A stretch of DNA of 64,000 nt from the NCBI GenBank assembly GCA_010909165.1, contig MU008175.1, forward strand, positions 797,370 through 861,369. Reading direction: 5' to 3'. How positions within the stretch are numbered: the first letter of the stretch is position 1; each line of letters starts with the position of its first letter. Position numbers and translations under genes: made by a program. Of this stretch, positions 1 through 10,969 are shown piece after piece. The notes under the pieces are model-generated. The model worked only from the letters and a program-made list of their open reading frames with translations, did no database searches and was not told the origin of the DNA. Source of the stretch: Anthoceros angustus. Taxonomy: Eukaryota > Plantae > Anthocerotophyta.

Positions 1-200
1 ACGCTGTCAGCTTCTTGCCGCGCGACCCCTGCGCCGGCCCTGCTGCGGGTCACCTCTGCGCCATCGCCTCCGGCGCCTCCCCCAGCTGGCGTCGTCGTGG
101 CGGGAGGCCCAGTCTGATCGCGAGGCCGCCATGCGAGCAGATTGCGCAGCCTCCGGTTGCAGGCATATTGCGGGGCAGCGCCGGAGGCGTAGACGCACAT
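1..200 (-). CDS. Possible first coding exon of an unidentified gene running off the left edge
   Basis: ATG at 200 opens a frame (MCVYASGAAPQYACNRRLRNLLAW...) with no stop to base 1, behind a CT-rich leader. No recognisable domain. Confidence 0.3.
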   Translation of the reverse strand, partial: MCVYASGAAPQYACNRRLRNLLAWRPRDQTGPPATTTPAGGGAGGDGAEVTRSRAGAGVARQEADS

Positions 201-861
201 CTAGCTGCGAGAATGGTCCATGGAGTCCGATCCCGCGAGAGGCAATTCCGGTCCGCCTGCGCGCGCTGCAGCTGCGAGAACGCGCGCAGGGCATGGAAAG
301 GCAGAGGGCGGGGCGGGAAGGGAGGGGGAGGCGAAGGGAACGTGGAGACACAAAACGGGCAGCAGCCAAGGCAGAAACATGCAGGCCCGGGACTCCGTCC
401 CGACGCCCCGCGCCCCCGTTTCCCCCCTCGATTCGGTTGAGTTGGAGCGAGAAGGCAATCGATTTTATGATGCCGTCCCGTACGCCTTGTGAAAAAGTCG
501 CCATCGGATGCAGTTTGCAGCCTGCAGGACCCAGGACAGGGAGGACGATCATCATTCTACAAAATCGCCGGCAACCGAGAGGGGACCGTCGCGGCGGCGG
601 CCCCGCTCCACCTCCCCGTCCTTTATTGCCCGCCCGTCTCGTTTGAAGTTTGAGAGGCGGGCTAGGGGCTAGAGGCTGGAGGCTAGGCTACGCGTGTGTA
701 CATACATGCGGTATGTCAAGTGGACTCTAATAGACTTCTTTTCTTCTAGTTAGGCAGGGATTTTTATGTACCCATGTACATATTGTTCTTTTTCAAGCTT
801 CGACACCATATGGCTCCTGCCGTGTGCTATTGGCCCCTTGTTCGCTTTACTCATTCAAATC

Positions 862-966
862 GGACCGTGGAGACTTTATGTAAGAAAAGAGATGGAAAAA
901 CCCATCTACCCTCAAGGAAAAGGGGAACAACCCAACCAAGGGCACCATGTCAGGGGGACTAAACCC
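862..966 (-). mobile_element. Extremely 5'-truncated non-LTR retrotransposon insertion (3' UTR only)
   Basis: The reverse complement aligns with the 3' UTR at about 35615-35714 (AGTCCC.CTG.CATGGTGCCCTT.GTTGGGTT...GGTAGATGGGTTTTTCC...TAAAGTCT). It is flanked by a 12-bp direct repeat CTCATTCAAATC at 850-861 and 967-978. Confidence 0.75.
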
Positions 967-988
967 CTCATTCAAATCCGTTGTGCAA

Positions 989-1046
989 ATGCCAGGCCCA
1001 CATGAGAGAGATGTTGGCTTTATGCCGGGCCCACATGAGAGAGATG
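989..1046. repeat. Short tandem duplication (25 bp x2, period 33)
   Basis: ATGCC(A/G)GGCCCACATGAGAGAGATG at 989-1013 and 1022-1046, one mismatch. Confidence 0.85.
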
Positions 1047-1739
1047 AGTGCATTGTCTTCTTGGAGCGAGCTGAGAGCCCCACAAATCAAGCTACTCCCT
1101 TTTATTGAGAGGGTCCTTCAAAGGGTTTCTTACATCGACGGTGGTTTGTCCAACATACTTCGCCTTTTTGAGGCCCCTCTTGGATCAATCCAGCTTCAAA
1201 CCATACAATGGAGCTTGATCGTAGATACTCAAGGACATTCGAATACGTTTTCTCAACCTTTTAGATTGTGCTATCGAGCTTAAAAATGAGATTCGCCAAC
1301 TTGACAACAATCAGTGCGACATCATCGTGCAATTTATGCATTGTTATGCCCAGCATCGCCAAAGAGTAAACCCATCCTGCATTCGAAAGAGAGTCAATAA
1401 GCCTGACCATGTAGATGTTCACCCCTGTCCCAATCTTGGCCCCTGGATCCTATCGTTGTACGGTGCGTTCGTAGAGGTACTAATAGATTGTGTCATTGAA
1501 CAGATGGATTAACCCACAAGAAATTTTAGGACAAAGATTAGACTTATCAAAAGCATCTTGGGATCGATATGGTTTCAACAATGGAATCCCTCTTTTAAGC
1601 TACTTCACAGAAAAAACATAATGTTTAACAAATCTCCGGTCCCCTCAATCTATATTTCCGTGTATTGAGGGGACCCGAGACCTATTATTAATTTTGTAAT
1701 GTAGCTTCACTAAGGGATAGTATAAGGAGCTACTAGCAC

Positions 1740-2830
1740 TGTGGACTTTGTGCGACAACTTGTTTCCGAACAACAATGCGATTGAACCTTGTAAAAAAAA
1801 AAGAAAAGCCTACAAAAGAAGAATGAAAAAGATTAGAATCAACCAAAAAGATAGCATCAATTTTGCAGGACAGCAAATCAACCTTGGAATTAAAAAACCT
1901 TACATTTCAGAATACAATCTCTTCCCGTCTCTGACTTGATAGAAGAACTTGATCAGCACCATATTAAGATCCTTCAGTGAAATGTCCTTCACGGGCATGT
2001 CCCACTTTTTAACCCCGTTAGCTTTCATGAAGCTCCTAAGTCTATATCTACACCAATGATTAGACCGTTTTGACCCACTAGACCCCCCATTCACGGCATT
2101 CTCAGCTACATTCTGAGGGACGTCTACATCAAAACCATTCTCACGACATGTGCTTCATCAACCTCATAAACACCACAAACAAAATCGTTGTCACTACTAA
2201 CACGCAGAGGCTTAATCATAGCAACGCCTTCAGCGCATCAAGCAGTAAATCAAGAATATCGTCAAATTGCCCTGGAACTCCAAACTCACCTTCAGATTGT
2301 AGTTGCACTTGAGCTCCTACCTGGCAGAAATTCCTATTTAACAGTTTGAACCACCATGAGATCATCAGAGGTAGGAATGAAAGTACTCATAAAAAAAACA
2401 CAACCCCCTGTTAATTACAGGCATGTAGTAAGTAATCTTCTTCAATGGCCCCTCTACCAAGACCGGAGGCCTAGTGTCAACCCTCTTTCTTTTCTTTGCG
2501 AATCCTGGAACAAGGAGCCTTGAAAACAAATTTAAGGGGAACTAAAAGATTTCCCTCGTTATTAACAATAACTTCATCCATAACACCATTATCCCCTAGG
2601 CATTGTCCCATAGTGTGCTTGTACATGTACAGTATCCTTTTCCTTGAGTTAGGCTCAATCTGGACTGCGCAAGGCCTTCAAGCACTTCTTGGATTTCGCC
2701 ACATGTCCTTATCTTGTCGTTTCGATTATCTGCATTTTCACCACCTATTTTATTTAGACCTTTCCCAATGTTGCATGCCAGATGATACTCCATGAATGGC
2801 GGTCATAAATAACGATCCCTTTAAGTTAGG
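1740..2830 (-). mobile_element. Decayed transposon-like ORF with a Crypton/DUF3504-associated N-terminal-like segment
   Basis: Frames are broken by many stops. 1900-2094 reads KRSNHWCRYRLRSFMKANG...DISLKDLNMVLIKFFYQVRDGKRLY, resembling the W...F...L..F..VR.DG..Y pattern of Crypton-derived proteins. Boundaries are approximate. Confidence 0.35.
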
Positions 2831-5285
2831 TGGGTAGACTAAAACGAAGACAAAAACTATCAAGAAGCAGATCTACCTTGACAGAAACAGAATAATGCTA
2901 AAGCTTGCTGAAAAAGCTTTATGCTGAAAAATCAGGGAAGAAAAATCACTACACGAGACAACTAAATATTAAGAATCAACTAATTATCACTGATATTCTT
3001 GATATTTAAATAAATATCAGCGATAAGGGATTGTGAATGAGTACTTGCTTCTTTTTTTTTTTGTGATATTTATTGTATTAAAAAAAAGCTAGTACAGATA
3101 GCGCCCATTTAGCCTAGGGGCGAAGGATGCATACTTGCTTGAGATGGACTTTGTTTGTGTGTTAGCTGGAAGAACAATTGCTTAAGAGGCCCCGGGCTTG
3201 GATGAATTCTGAAATGGGGAAGATGTCAAACACAATTCCAAGATGGAGAGGGCGATACCAATACTGAAAGGCATCTGTCACGAATGATGTTAGCATAGGT
3301 ATTGCGGACGCATATGTATAAATGCTATTGGTATTGACATAGTAGCATACTCATCATTTTGGGTATACATGTGTATTGGATATGTGTTTAGAGGTATTAC
3401 CACCTGTATTCGGTATACGCGAATGGTGACGGATCCAGCCCTAGCAAGCAAGGTTTTTGTAGCTGCGAAAGGGATTGTGGGAAGTGGTGCCATCAGCCAA
3501 GACGGGAAGCGTGGAGATGATGGCCAAGATCTATTTTTGGGAGGCCGTTACCCTACAAGGAGAAGGCGAGGCGAGAGTTGCAGCAGTCATCAGAAGACTT
3601 GACACAAGCCTGTCATTAAGGTGCATACTGGACAGTCACCAAGGGGATTTAATCCTTGCATGCAGGTCTAGGCTAGAAGGAAGTCTGAACAATCTGGGAT
3701 ACGAATTCCTACAGTGAACAACACATTTGGCTGACAGTTTCTTAAGAAGTGTTGTGTGTGTGTTTTCCATTGAATGCTTTGTCTGAGCATACTTTCGCGT
3801 TGCCGGGCAGAATTCGCTGCTTGCTAACGGATGTCTTGCACATCCAGTGCGTTGCTGAGCGGTGAAGGCGTTCTGCACATCTTGTTGACGAAGAACATGG
3901 ACAATTTTTCCTATTTAGTCCCTTTCACAAATCGTGGTGCAGCTGGCCAAGCTGCCTTCCGACCAGTCCAGGCAAATGTATTATAATCCATTACTTGCTG
4001 CTCATGTGTGGTGATGAGTTTGCTGGTTGAAGGTTTCCTTGTGTGTGTGATGTTGTTGCACGACAATCGCCATTGGCGTCGTCTACTGCTGGTTTATGCG
4101 AGACGTTGCTTTCACAATGCTTCTTCAGATGCCGTCCAATCTGCTCTGTTTCAATGCCACAAGAGCTTCGAGGGCGGGCCTGGGCAAGACCGGTGAGTCC
4201 TGCCTTCGCAAGCTAAGCTCAAAGTAGTGGGAATTTCTATTCAAGCGTCTAGATTGAACTCAGTTGTGTTTGCAGGTATGAACGCATTGCAAATGCCCAG
4301 ACAAGAGGTGGGTGTTGTGCTGCTGCTTCCTGGAACCTTCCTTCCTTCCGCATTGTCCAGCAACAGTGCTAGAAGCTCAGCAGCTCACAAGCTTAGGAGC
4401 CGGTTCCTGAATCCTAAAATGGGTACTTGATGATGTCAAAAACCCATCAGCGTAAAATTGCAGTCTATAGCTTGGGCGGCCAACGATTAAATCAATTGGG
4501 CTTGTACTTTAGCAAGTTCCAGCCACAACACGTCATTCTGGCTGCTTTCTTCCGCGGAGATCGGAAGCTGTAGGTTGCTGACAAGTGGGCAGTGGGCACT
4601 AGCTAAGGTGAGGTAGACACGAGCCGCCAGATTTGCACCATTCCTTTGCTCGAGATTTCTTGCTTTCCATTCTGCTGCATTTTACACGAGAGTGGGCTTC
4701 ATAGATTTGATTATTTGTACCAGGAATTTGCATCCGATTTGAACACGATACAAATCAGTGGGGTTCACAGACATCCAAAATGAGCAGGTTCAACGAAAAA
4801 GAATTTACCTTTTTCATCCTCTAGAAAGATAAAAGAGACTCGTAGTCCGGGTGCTGTGGAGCATCGACAACACCCGGACTAAACTTTCACAGATCTCGAG
4901 CAAAGCACTCGATCTGCAGAGGTTATGTCTCACACGCCGGGCTCACGTGAGGAAATACCCGCGTGTCGGGACGCCCGGCTTAGAGCAGGCTCGGGCAAAC
5001 GGCCCCACCTATTTTGCGCCATAGCCCTTCCTCACAAGTGCTCCCTAATACGTTATCCAGAGGTGAGGCATATATACACTCATATACACTATGGTCAATT
5101 GGAGATGATATGACATTCTCTCATTGCTGCATATGGTAGGTTTATACCTACCAAAATTGTAGATATAAAGTGACAAGACCTATTAAGGCATCAATCTTTT
5201 AATTCAATAGTACTTTTATATAAATGTGCATGAATTACATTATCAAATTGCTTATCAAACCTGGCTGACCTAAATCAATGTACTA

Positions 5286-5634
5286 CCGTACCCCGAGGGG
5301 TGATTCAACAGGATAATGCCGAAATAATTATTTTTTGAAAAAATAAGGTTCAACAGAAATATTTATATTTTTCAAAATTTCAAAATTTATGAAAAATAAT
5401 TTGATCAAATTTCAATATTTATTAAAATATATAAGTATATATATAAAACTAATAGATATGTATAGACCTCCCCTGAACAGGCCCTAATTTTCCACACAAA
5501 CCCTAGTTTCCTTGTTTTCGGCATCTTAAACTCATAAATTTTTATATATTCAATATTTTAAGTATAATCATTTCTAAATTTTCAACTTTTATTAATTTTA
5601 ATTAATTAACGCCGAATCACCCCTCGGGGTACGA
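5286..5634. mobile_element. MITE, Tc1/mariner-pogo type
   Basis: 21-bp TIRs CCGTACCCCGAGGGGTGATTC (5286-5306) and GAATCACCCCTCGGGGTACGA (5614-5634), one mismatch. TA on both flanks and a very AT-rich non-coding interior. Confidence 0.85.
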
Positions 5635-6234
5635 TATTTCAGAATCCTGGTCAAACGAATTGCTTGTATATGCCCATGTAAAACACACATAGGGCGTAAA
5701 GTGAAGAGTTTGGAACATGGACGGCATTCGTGCATGAAGGGGGATTACTGTGACAGGTAACCGGTAGGAAGGGGTGCCACCTGTAGAGTAGGAGAAGCCC
5801 TTGAAGGGCATTCGTAACGGCTCCGTCAGCCGGGCCCGACACAAACTATATCAGCGGCTTTCAACTAGATAGGTAGATATTCTACCTCTGCTCTGTTCAA
5901 CATTTCAACAAAAGGATTTCCTTAAAATGTACAGTCTGTGCGTGACTCGACAACCAAGGTTGTATTATCCCTCAGCTGACGTCACACATCACATGCCTGT
6001 AGACGAGTTGCGATATTTTAGGCTAGTAGGTTGTATCCTCAAGTGCGTCACCTCGCTTTGCTTTGCTCTTCCTATCAGTAAGTAGCCTGACAAATCCAAC
6101 CGCCCCGTGACCACAACCACCCGTTATCAATGGTGTGCTAGGCAGCTCACTTGAGACCCGCCCCGCACAGGTATCGCTTAAACATTACATCACAGGGGCT
6201 GCTTCCATCATCGGAACACTCTTGTCACTGTCTG

Positions 6235-8945
6235 CTAGTAGTAAGCTTTGCGTGGGTTGTTCTGCACATGTCAAGCGTCGAACGTTTCAACAGAGAGCCT
6301 GACAGACCTTGTGGCATCCTCACTCACACGACAACGTCAAACATTGTAACTTCTAAACAGTCCAGAGTCCCTAGTCTGGGACTTCACTCAGGTTGGCAAC
6401 TCTGACTGTGAACGAGCAAACAAAGCATTTTACAAATCCTCTCACCAGGGGGTTTGGACGGAAGCGATAACCGAGCATCATCCTCTTCTTGTACTGTTCA
6501 TAGATGTCATCGTCAGGCGTGACTTCTCCTGGCTGCTCCGCACCGACACCAAGATTATTCAACTTCACGGATCCTGCTTGTACAGGATCAGACCGCCCAC
6601 CTTTCCCGCTTCCAAGGCCTTCCCCTGCAGAACAGGAACCCATGTATCAGATTCACACAAGCCCAATGGCGGCTTCAGCAGACAAGAGGAGACTGAAGAT
6701 CACCTTCTTTCCATCCCATCTTCGAAAGCAGTCTGTGGCCGACGTTGTCCGCCTGGATCTTTGCACGCTCCTCAGTAGCCTTAGCAGCCTTTTGTGCCAT
6801 AGCATCATTGCATTTGGCAAAAAACTTCTCAAGCTCCTCTGGGGGGATGTAGTCACCCATATGGTGGCCCTTCTTCAGTGATGCTGCAGATATACATAGA
6901 AAAATCTGTTATCACAACTGCCTCTTCTCACATTTCCGACCCCATCAACCTTGGTCACACTGCGCGCATCATGTGTCCTTCAGTCATACAGGTCAGACTG
7001 GTTGTCGATGCTTCCAGAAGAGAAAAAGTTGCTTAATTTCAATTTCATATTAACGTCCTCAAACCGTGGTAAGTGGAAGCAACCTTGAGCAGCATCCAAA
7101 ACTTTGGGGGGTGAAAGATATCGAGGCCCAGTCTCTATAAGCCCACAGAACGAGGGTCAAAGGTCATCACAAGACTGCATTCAATCTGGCAGTGAAAATT
7201 CGGAGCAGACGAGTCATGTCCTCACAGGCATCGCCTGAATCCCAGGTGGAATAAAAGTGGTTAGCAAACCTTGCGGCAGTTCTTCCTGCGCCCACATAAC
7301 TGGAGAATGTCGCGACCTTGCTGTGCAGACGACAATCAGCAGAATATCAGTCATAACTTAAGGATCAGGTAACACCACGACATGGATTAGGGCAGCGTGG
7401 AAGCATACGAGATGAAGGCTGGAGAGAAGCAGGTGGTGGCATCTCATCCTTCGCATGTTTAGGAGGTTTTCGGAGGTCTTCTTGAGCAGCCTTTTTCATG
7501 TAAAACTCCATCATCGCTACTGAATCTGCTGCTGATGCCGTTTGTGCACTTTGATAGTCTGTTCACGGACGCCAACACTCAATTCAGTAATGAGTAACAA
7601 CGATTTCCACTTGACCCACAGCAGTAGGTACCTTCAATTTGAGAAAAAGTGCCCTATTTATTCAAACCTTGAACAGGCATTTCGCGGGCCTGACTGATCC
7701 TCCTCCGATCTTCAGTTCCTGAATACAGAGCTGATGCTGGAGTATGATAATTAGCTCGCTGCTGAGAAAATTTGACCTGAGGAGTATGCTGCCGTGAGGG
7801 AAGTCCACCTGAAGCTTCTGCAAGAGAACAACCACAAAGCATCCACAGCTGCCAACACAATTCTGATATCCATGTGCGGGTAGCATAAACCCACCAACAA
7901 AACCCATCCTAAATTGTTACGTCAATTAACGACCCTTCCAAAATACCAGGTACCTACATGCCCGGATCTCCAGACTACCTGAAGACGGAAAGTGTAGAGG
8001 GACATAGCACCTACCCAACGATGGATTTGACTCTTGTTGCAATGTTATCTCTTCTTGAGCTAGCATGTACTCATAGTACTTGTAGTCCGGGCAGTTTACA
8101 TCAAAAAGAAACCTGAGAAACGTGAACACGAACTCATGTTCTGAACTCAAGCCATTTGAGCTACGTGAACAGGCATGCACGTCACCACAACATTCGGCGA
8201 TTCTACGACAGGGTAAAGATACCGGAAAGGTGAGTCCCCCGGGTTCTTCTGCCTTGTTATCTCCTCAAAACGCCTTCCATTTTTCGCCACAAAGTTTGCA
8301 AGCTTGTCTGCAACCTTCTTTACCTCAGCGTTGAGTGGCGCTGGAGGTGCTGCAAAACCAACTACGTGGTGAGCTTCAGACAGTGAGCTTCAGACAGGAA
8401 GAACAGTCGTGGTAAAAACGTTCGTCTCCCGGCATTCAGCGGTAAATACTCAGATGCTCACGGACACGGCTCCAAGAACAATCCGGCATAAGGAAGGCCA
8501 AGGGAAGTCAGTCACCTTCATCCCTAACTTCAGAGGTCCCTGGGGTTGCAGTGGAGCTGCTCTGTCTCACCGTCTTTTGCTTTTTCAACTGCCTTCCGAG
8601 TTCTTCTCCACCTTCGTCCTCATCATCCTCATCTTCCCCCAACTTGAGGGCGTTTGCAGCAAGCCTGGACTTCTGCTTCAGGCTGAACACGAGCTTCCCG
8701 TTGCCGGGCCCCGCAGCACTCTGAGAGCTGCTTTTCCTCCTCTCAATCGCGAAGGAGCGCTCACCGCTAGCCAGAGAGTTGGAACCACCGTTCTCCCTAT
8801 GATTCCCAGATGTGCTAGTAGTGATAGACCCGTCCCGTTTCAGCGCCTCCGCATCCATCTGCTCCTGCTCCTGCTGCAGTCGCCTGAATTTCTGCAGAAA
8901 CGACCCGTCATTGCGGAAAAATTCGGGGTCGGTGACACCATCCAT
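6235..8945 (-). CDS. SURP and G-patch domain splicing factor (SUGP1/SF4-like), multi-exon
   Basis: N-terminus MDGVTDPEFFRNDGSFLQKFRRLQQ, SURP (DKLANFVAKNGRRFE...FLFD...YKYY), G-patch (NVGHRLLSKMGWKEGEGLG) and C-terminus YEQYKKRMMLGYRFRPNPL|NNPRKAYY*. The last exon is 6261-6235. Confidence 0.92.
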
Positions 8946-9568
8946 GCTGCTGTCGTAGGTAGGGTAGCGTGCGTCCGGGTACAGCAAGATGCGCTCTCCA
9001 GCAGCTCCTGCTCTATATCATCCATGCAACAAATCCCAGTTCCGCAAAAGCCGCGTCTCCCTCCACCATGGCGATTCTCAAGGCCCGCCGTATCCCCTAC
9101 ACATTCTCATTGATTAGGCCGTGAGTGAGGCTTCTCCGCTTGATCTCCCCCAGTTGTTGCCAAATTCCACGACAGCCGAGGAGCAAGCATCTCACCAACC
9201 AACAGGACGTTCGTTTAGCCTCGTTGTTGGCAAGAGTCCAGTTGCTCACATCCCAGCCCTAGCACCGGGGGGAGAGTGTTGACCGCAACCAATTTTAACA
9301 ACGGTGATTGCCGTCTCTAAAACTTCCTTTTACTTAATAAACGTAATCGTAATCGTAATCGCACTCGTCACATACATATACCACTTCGTCTACAGCATAT
9401 ATAGAAGTAAACATGCTAAGTCTAACGCACCGCAACTTAGGGCTTAGTAGTTTCCCATTCCTTGGGCTACTTTATGCTAGGAATACCGAAGTACAATTCT
9501 ACTTTCTGCCCTTGTCGCTGCCGTCTGATCGCGGCTGTCGTGTGTGTGGAACTGCAGCGGAGACGAGC

Positions 9569-10121
9569 ATGGCGGCTGCAAGGCGGCTGAAACCGCTCCT
9601 GGACAGAGTGCTGGTGGAGAAGGTGGTGCCTCCAACCAAGTCCGCCGGGGGCATCTGGCTCCCCGAAGCTGCTGCGGCGGGCAAGGTCTGTTTCGTTTGC
9701 AGCCGATGATGTTGTTGGTTCGAATTGTGGAGCTTCTGGTGTCCTTCCAGCTGGTTGCGCACGTTGGAGTTTGTTTGTGCTGAAAGGGAGCGGATCGCTG
9801 ATGCAATGGTGCAGGTGAACTCCGCTAAGGTGGTCGCCGTAGGTCCGGGTGGTCGGACGAAGGATGGCAGCACCATTCCAGTGAGTGTCAAGGAGGGAGA
9901 CACTGTGATACTGCCCGAGTATGGCGGCACTTCTTTGAAGCTGGATGACAAAGAGTGAGTACTTTCCTTGAATTGATCATCGTTTATGGCATTGATCTTT
10001 CGAGTGGATGTTGTCAGTCATCTTTTGTCACCACTAGACAGAGCTGCCATTGACCTTATGTTCTGCATTCAGGTATATCATCTTACGCGATGATGACATT
10101 CTCGGGATCCTTCAAGAGTAG
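9569..10121 (+). CDS. CPN10: Mitochondrial 10 kDa chaperonin (3 exons: 9569-9685, 9815-9954, 10073-10121)
   Basis: MAAARRLKPLLDRVLVEK...SAGGIWLPE; VVAVGPG...SVKEGDTVILPEYGGT...; EYIILRDDDILGILQE*. GT-AG introns. Confidence 0.95.
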
Positions 10122-10969
10122 TGATGATTCGTAAGCCCATTTTTGCTGAGGCTTCTGATGGGCTGCAAAGTGCATCTCATGGCTGCCGAATCTAGCCTCC
10201 CTGCCTCCTTGTAGAAGTCTATCACGCGGCTGTAAGTGACTGCGCTGGTTTTACAGCGCTTTTGCTTCATTCTCCAGAACAGTATTGTAACGGCCAATAG
10301 CAGCCCTATCTTGCCGGAGAGGTGAAGTTAGTGTAGGTCACTGACGTCTGGTAGTGCAAACTATCCCCTCTGAACACGTTAAAGGATTTTAAGGAGCAAC
10401 ACTTAGCTTGACCTCCAGGGCTGGCCATCTAGGGCGAAAAGCTTGATGGTCCTCACTAGTCATCCCTCCTCCTCGTCGAAGATTCATCTGTAGGTCGTGC
10501 GCAGGTTTTGTTCTTTCTCAACGACGTCATTGATCTGCCCACATGAATCTGCGAGAAAATCTGGGATAGTGAGGCTAGGGTCTAGGGTCTAGGGTTTATG
10601 CTAGTGTGTAGCGCGGTAAACGCTGGCCTACACCCTAAACCCTTCTTAGATAACGCTACCAGCTAGCCCTGCATCCGTCTTTCTGCTTACGCGCGTTGCC
10701 TGATTTTCATCTCCAGGGGAGCATATTGCTTCAAATGGCCCACCATATTGCTTGAGAATATGGCAATAAGCAAGATGGTCAGCTGAAGATGAAAATCAAG
10801 CAGGTGACAAGCCTTCTACATTTGTTTGATGAGAGAATCAGAGTTGTAGAGCTGTGGTGTCAATTGCTACATATTTGCACTGTCTTGAATCCAGAATCTG
10901 GATAATAGCTGCTGCGTCTTCTCGGCAGAGATTAGCCAGAGCTGCCCCAGTCGGAATATATTTTTTAAA

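Noticed and set aside
3120-4450. Short ORFs and exon-like splice signals
   Set aside because: No coherent gene model or recognisable protein could be built.
10575-10645. (CTAGGGT)3 and ACCCTAAACCC telomere-like tracts
   Set aside because: Too short and degenerate for an interstitial telomere or a telomerase RNA call.
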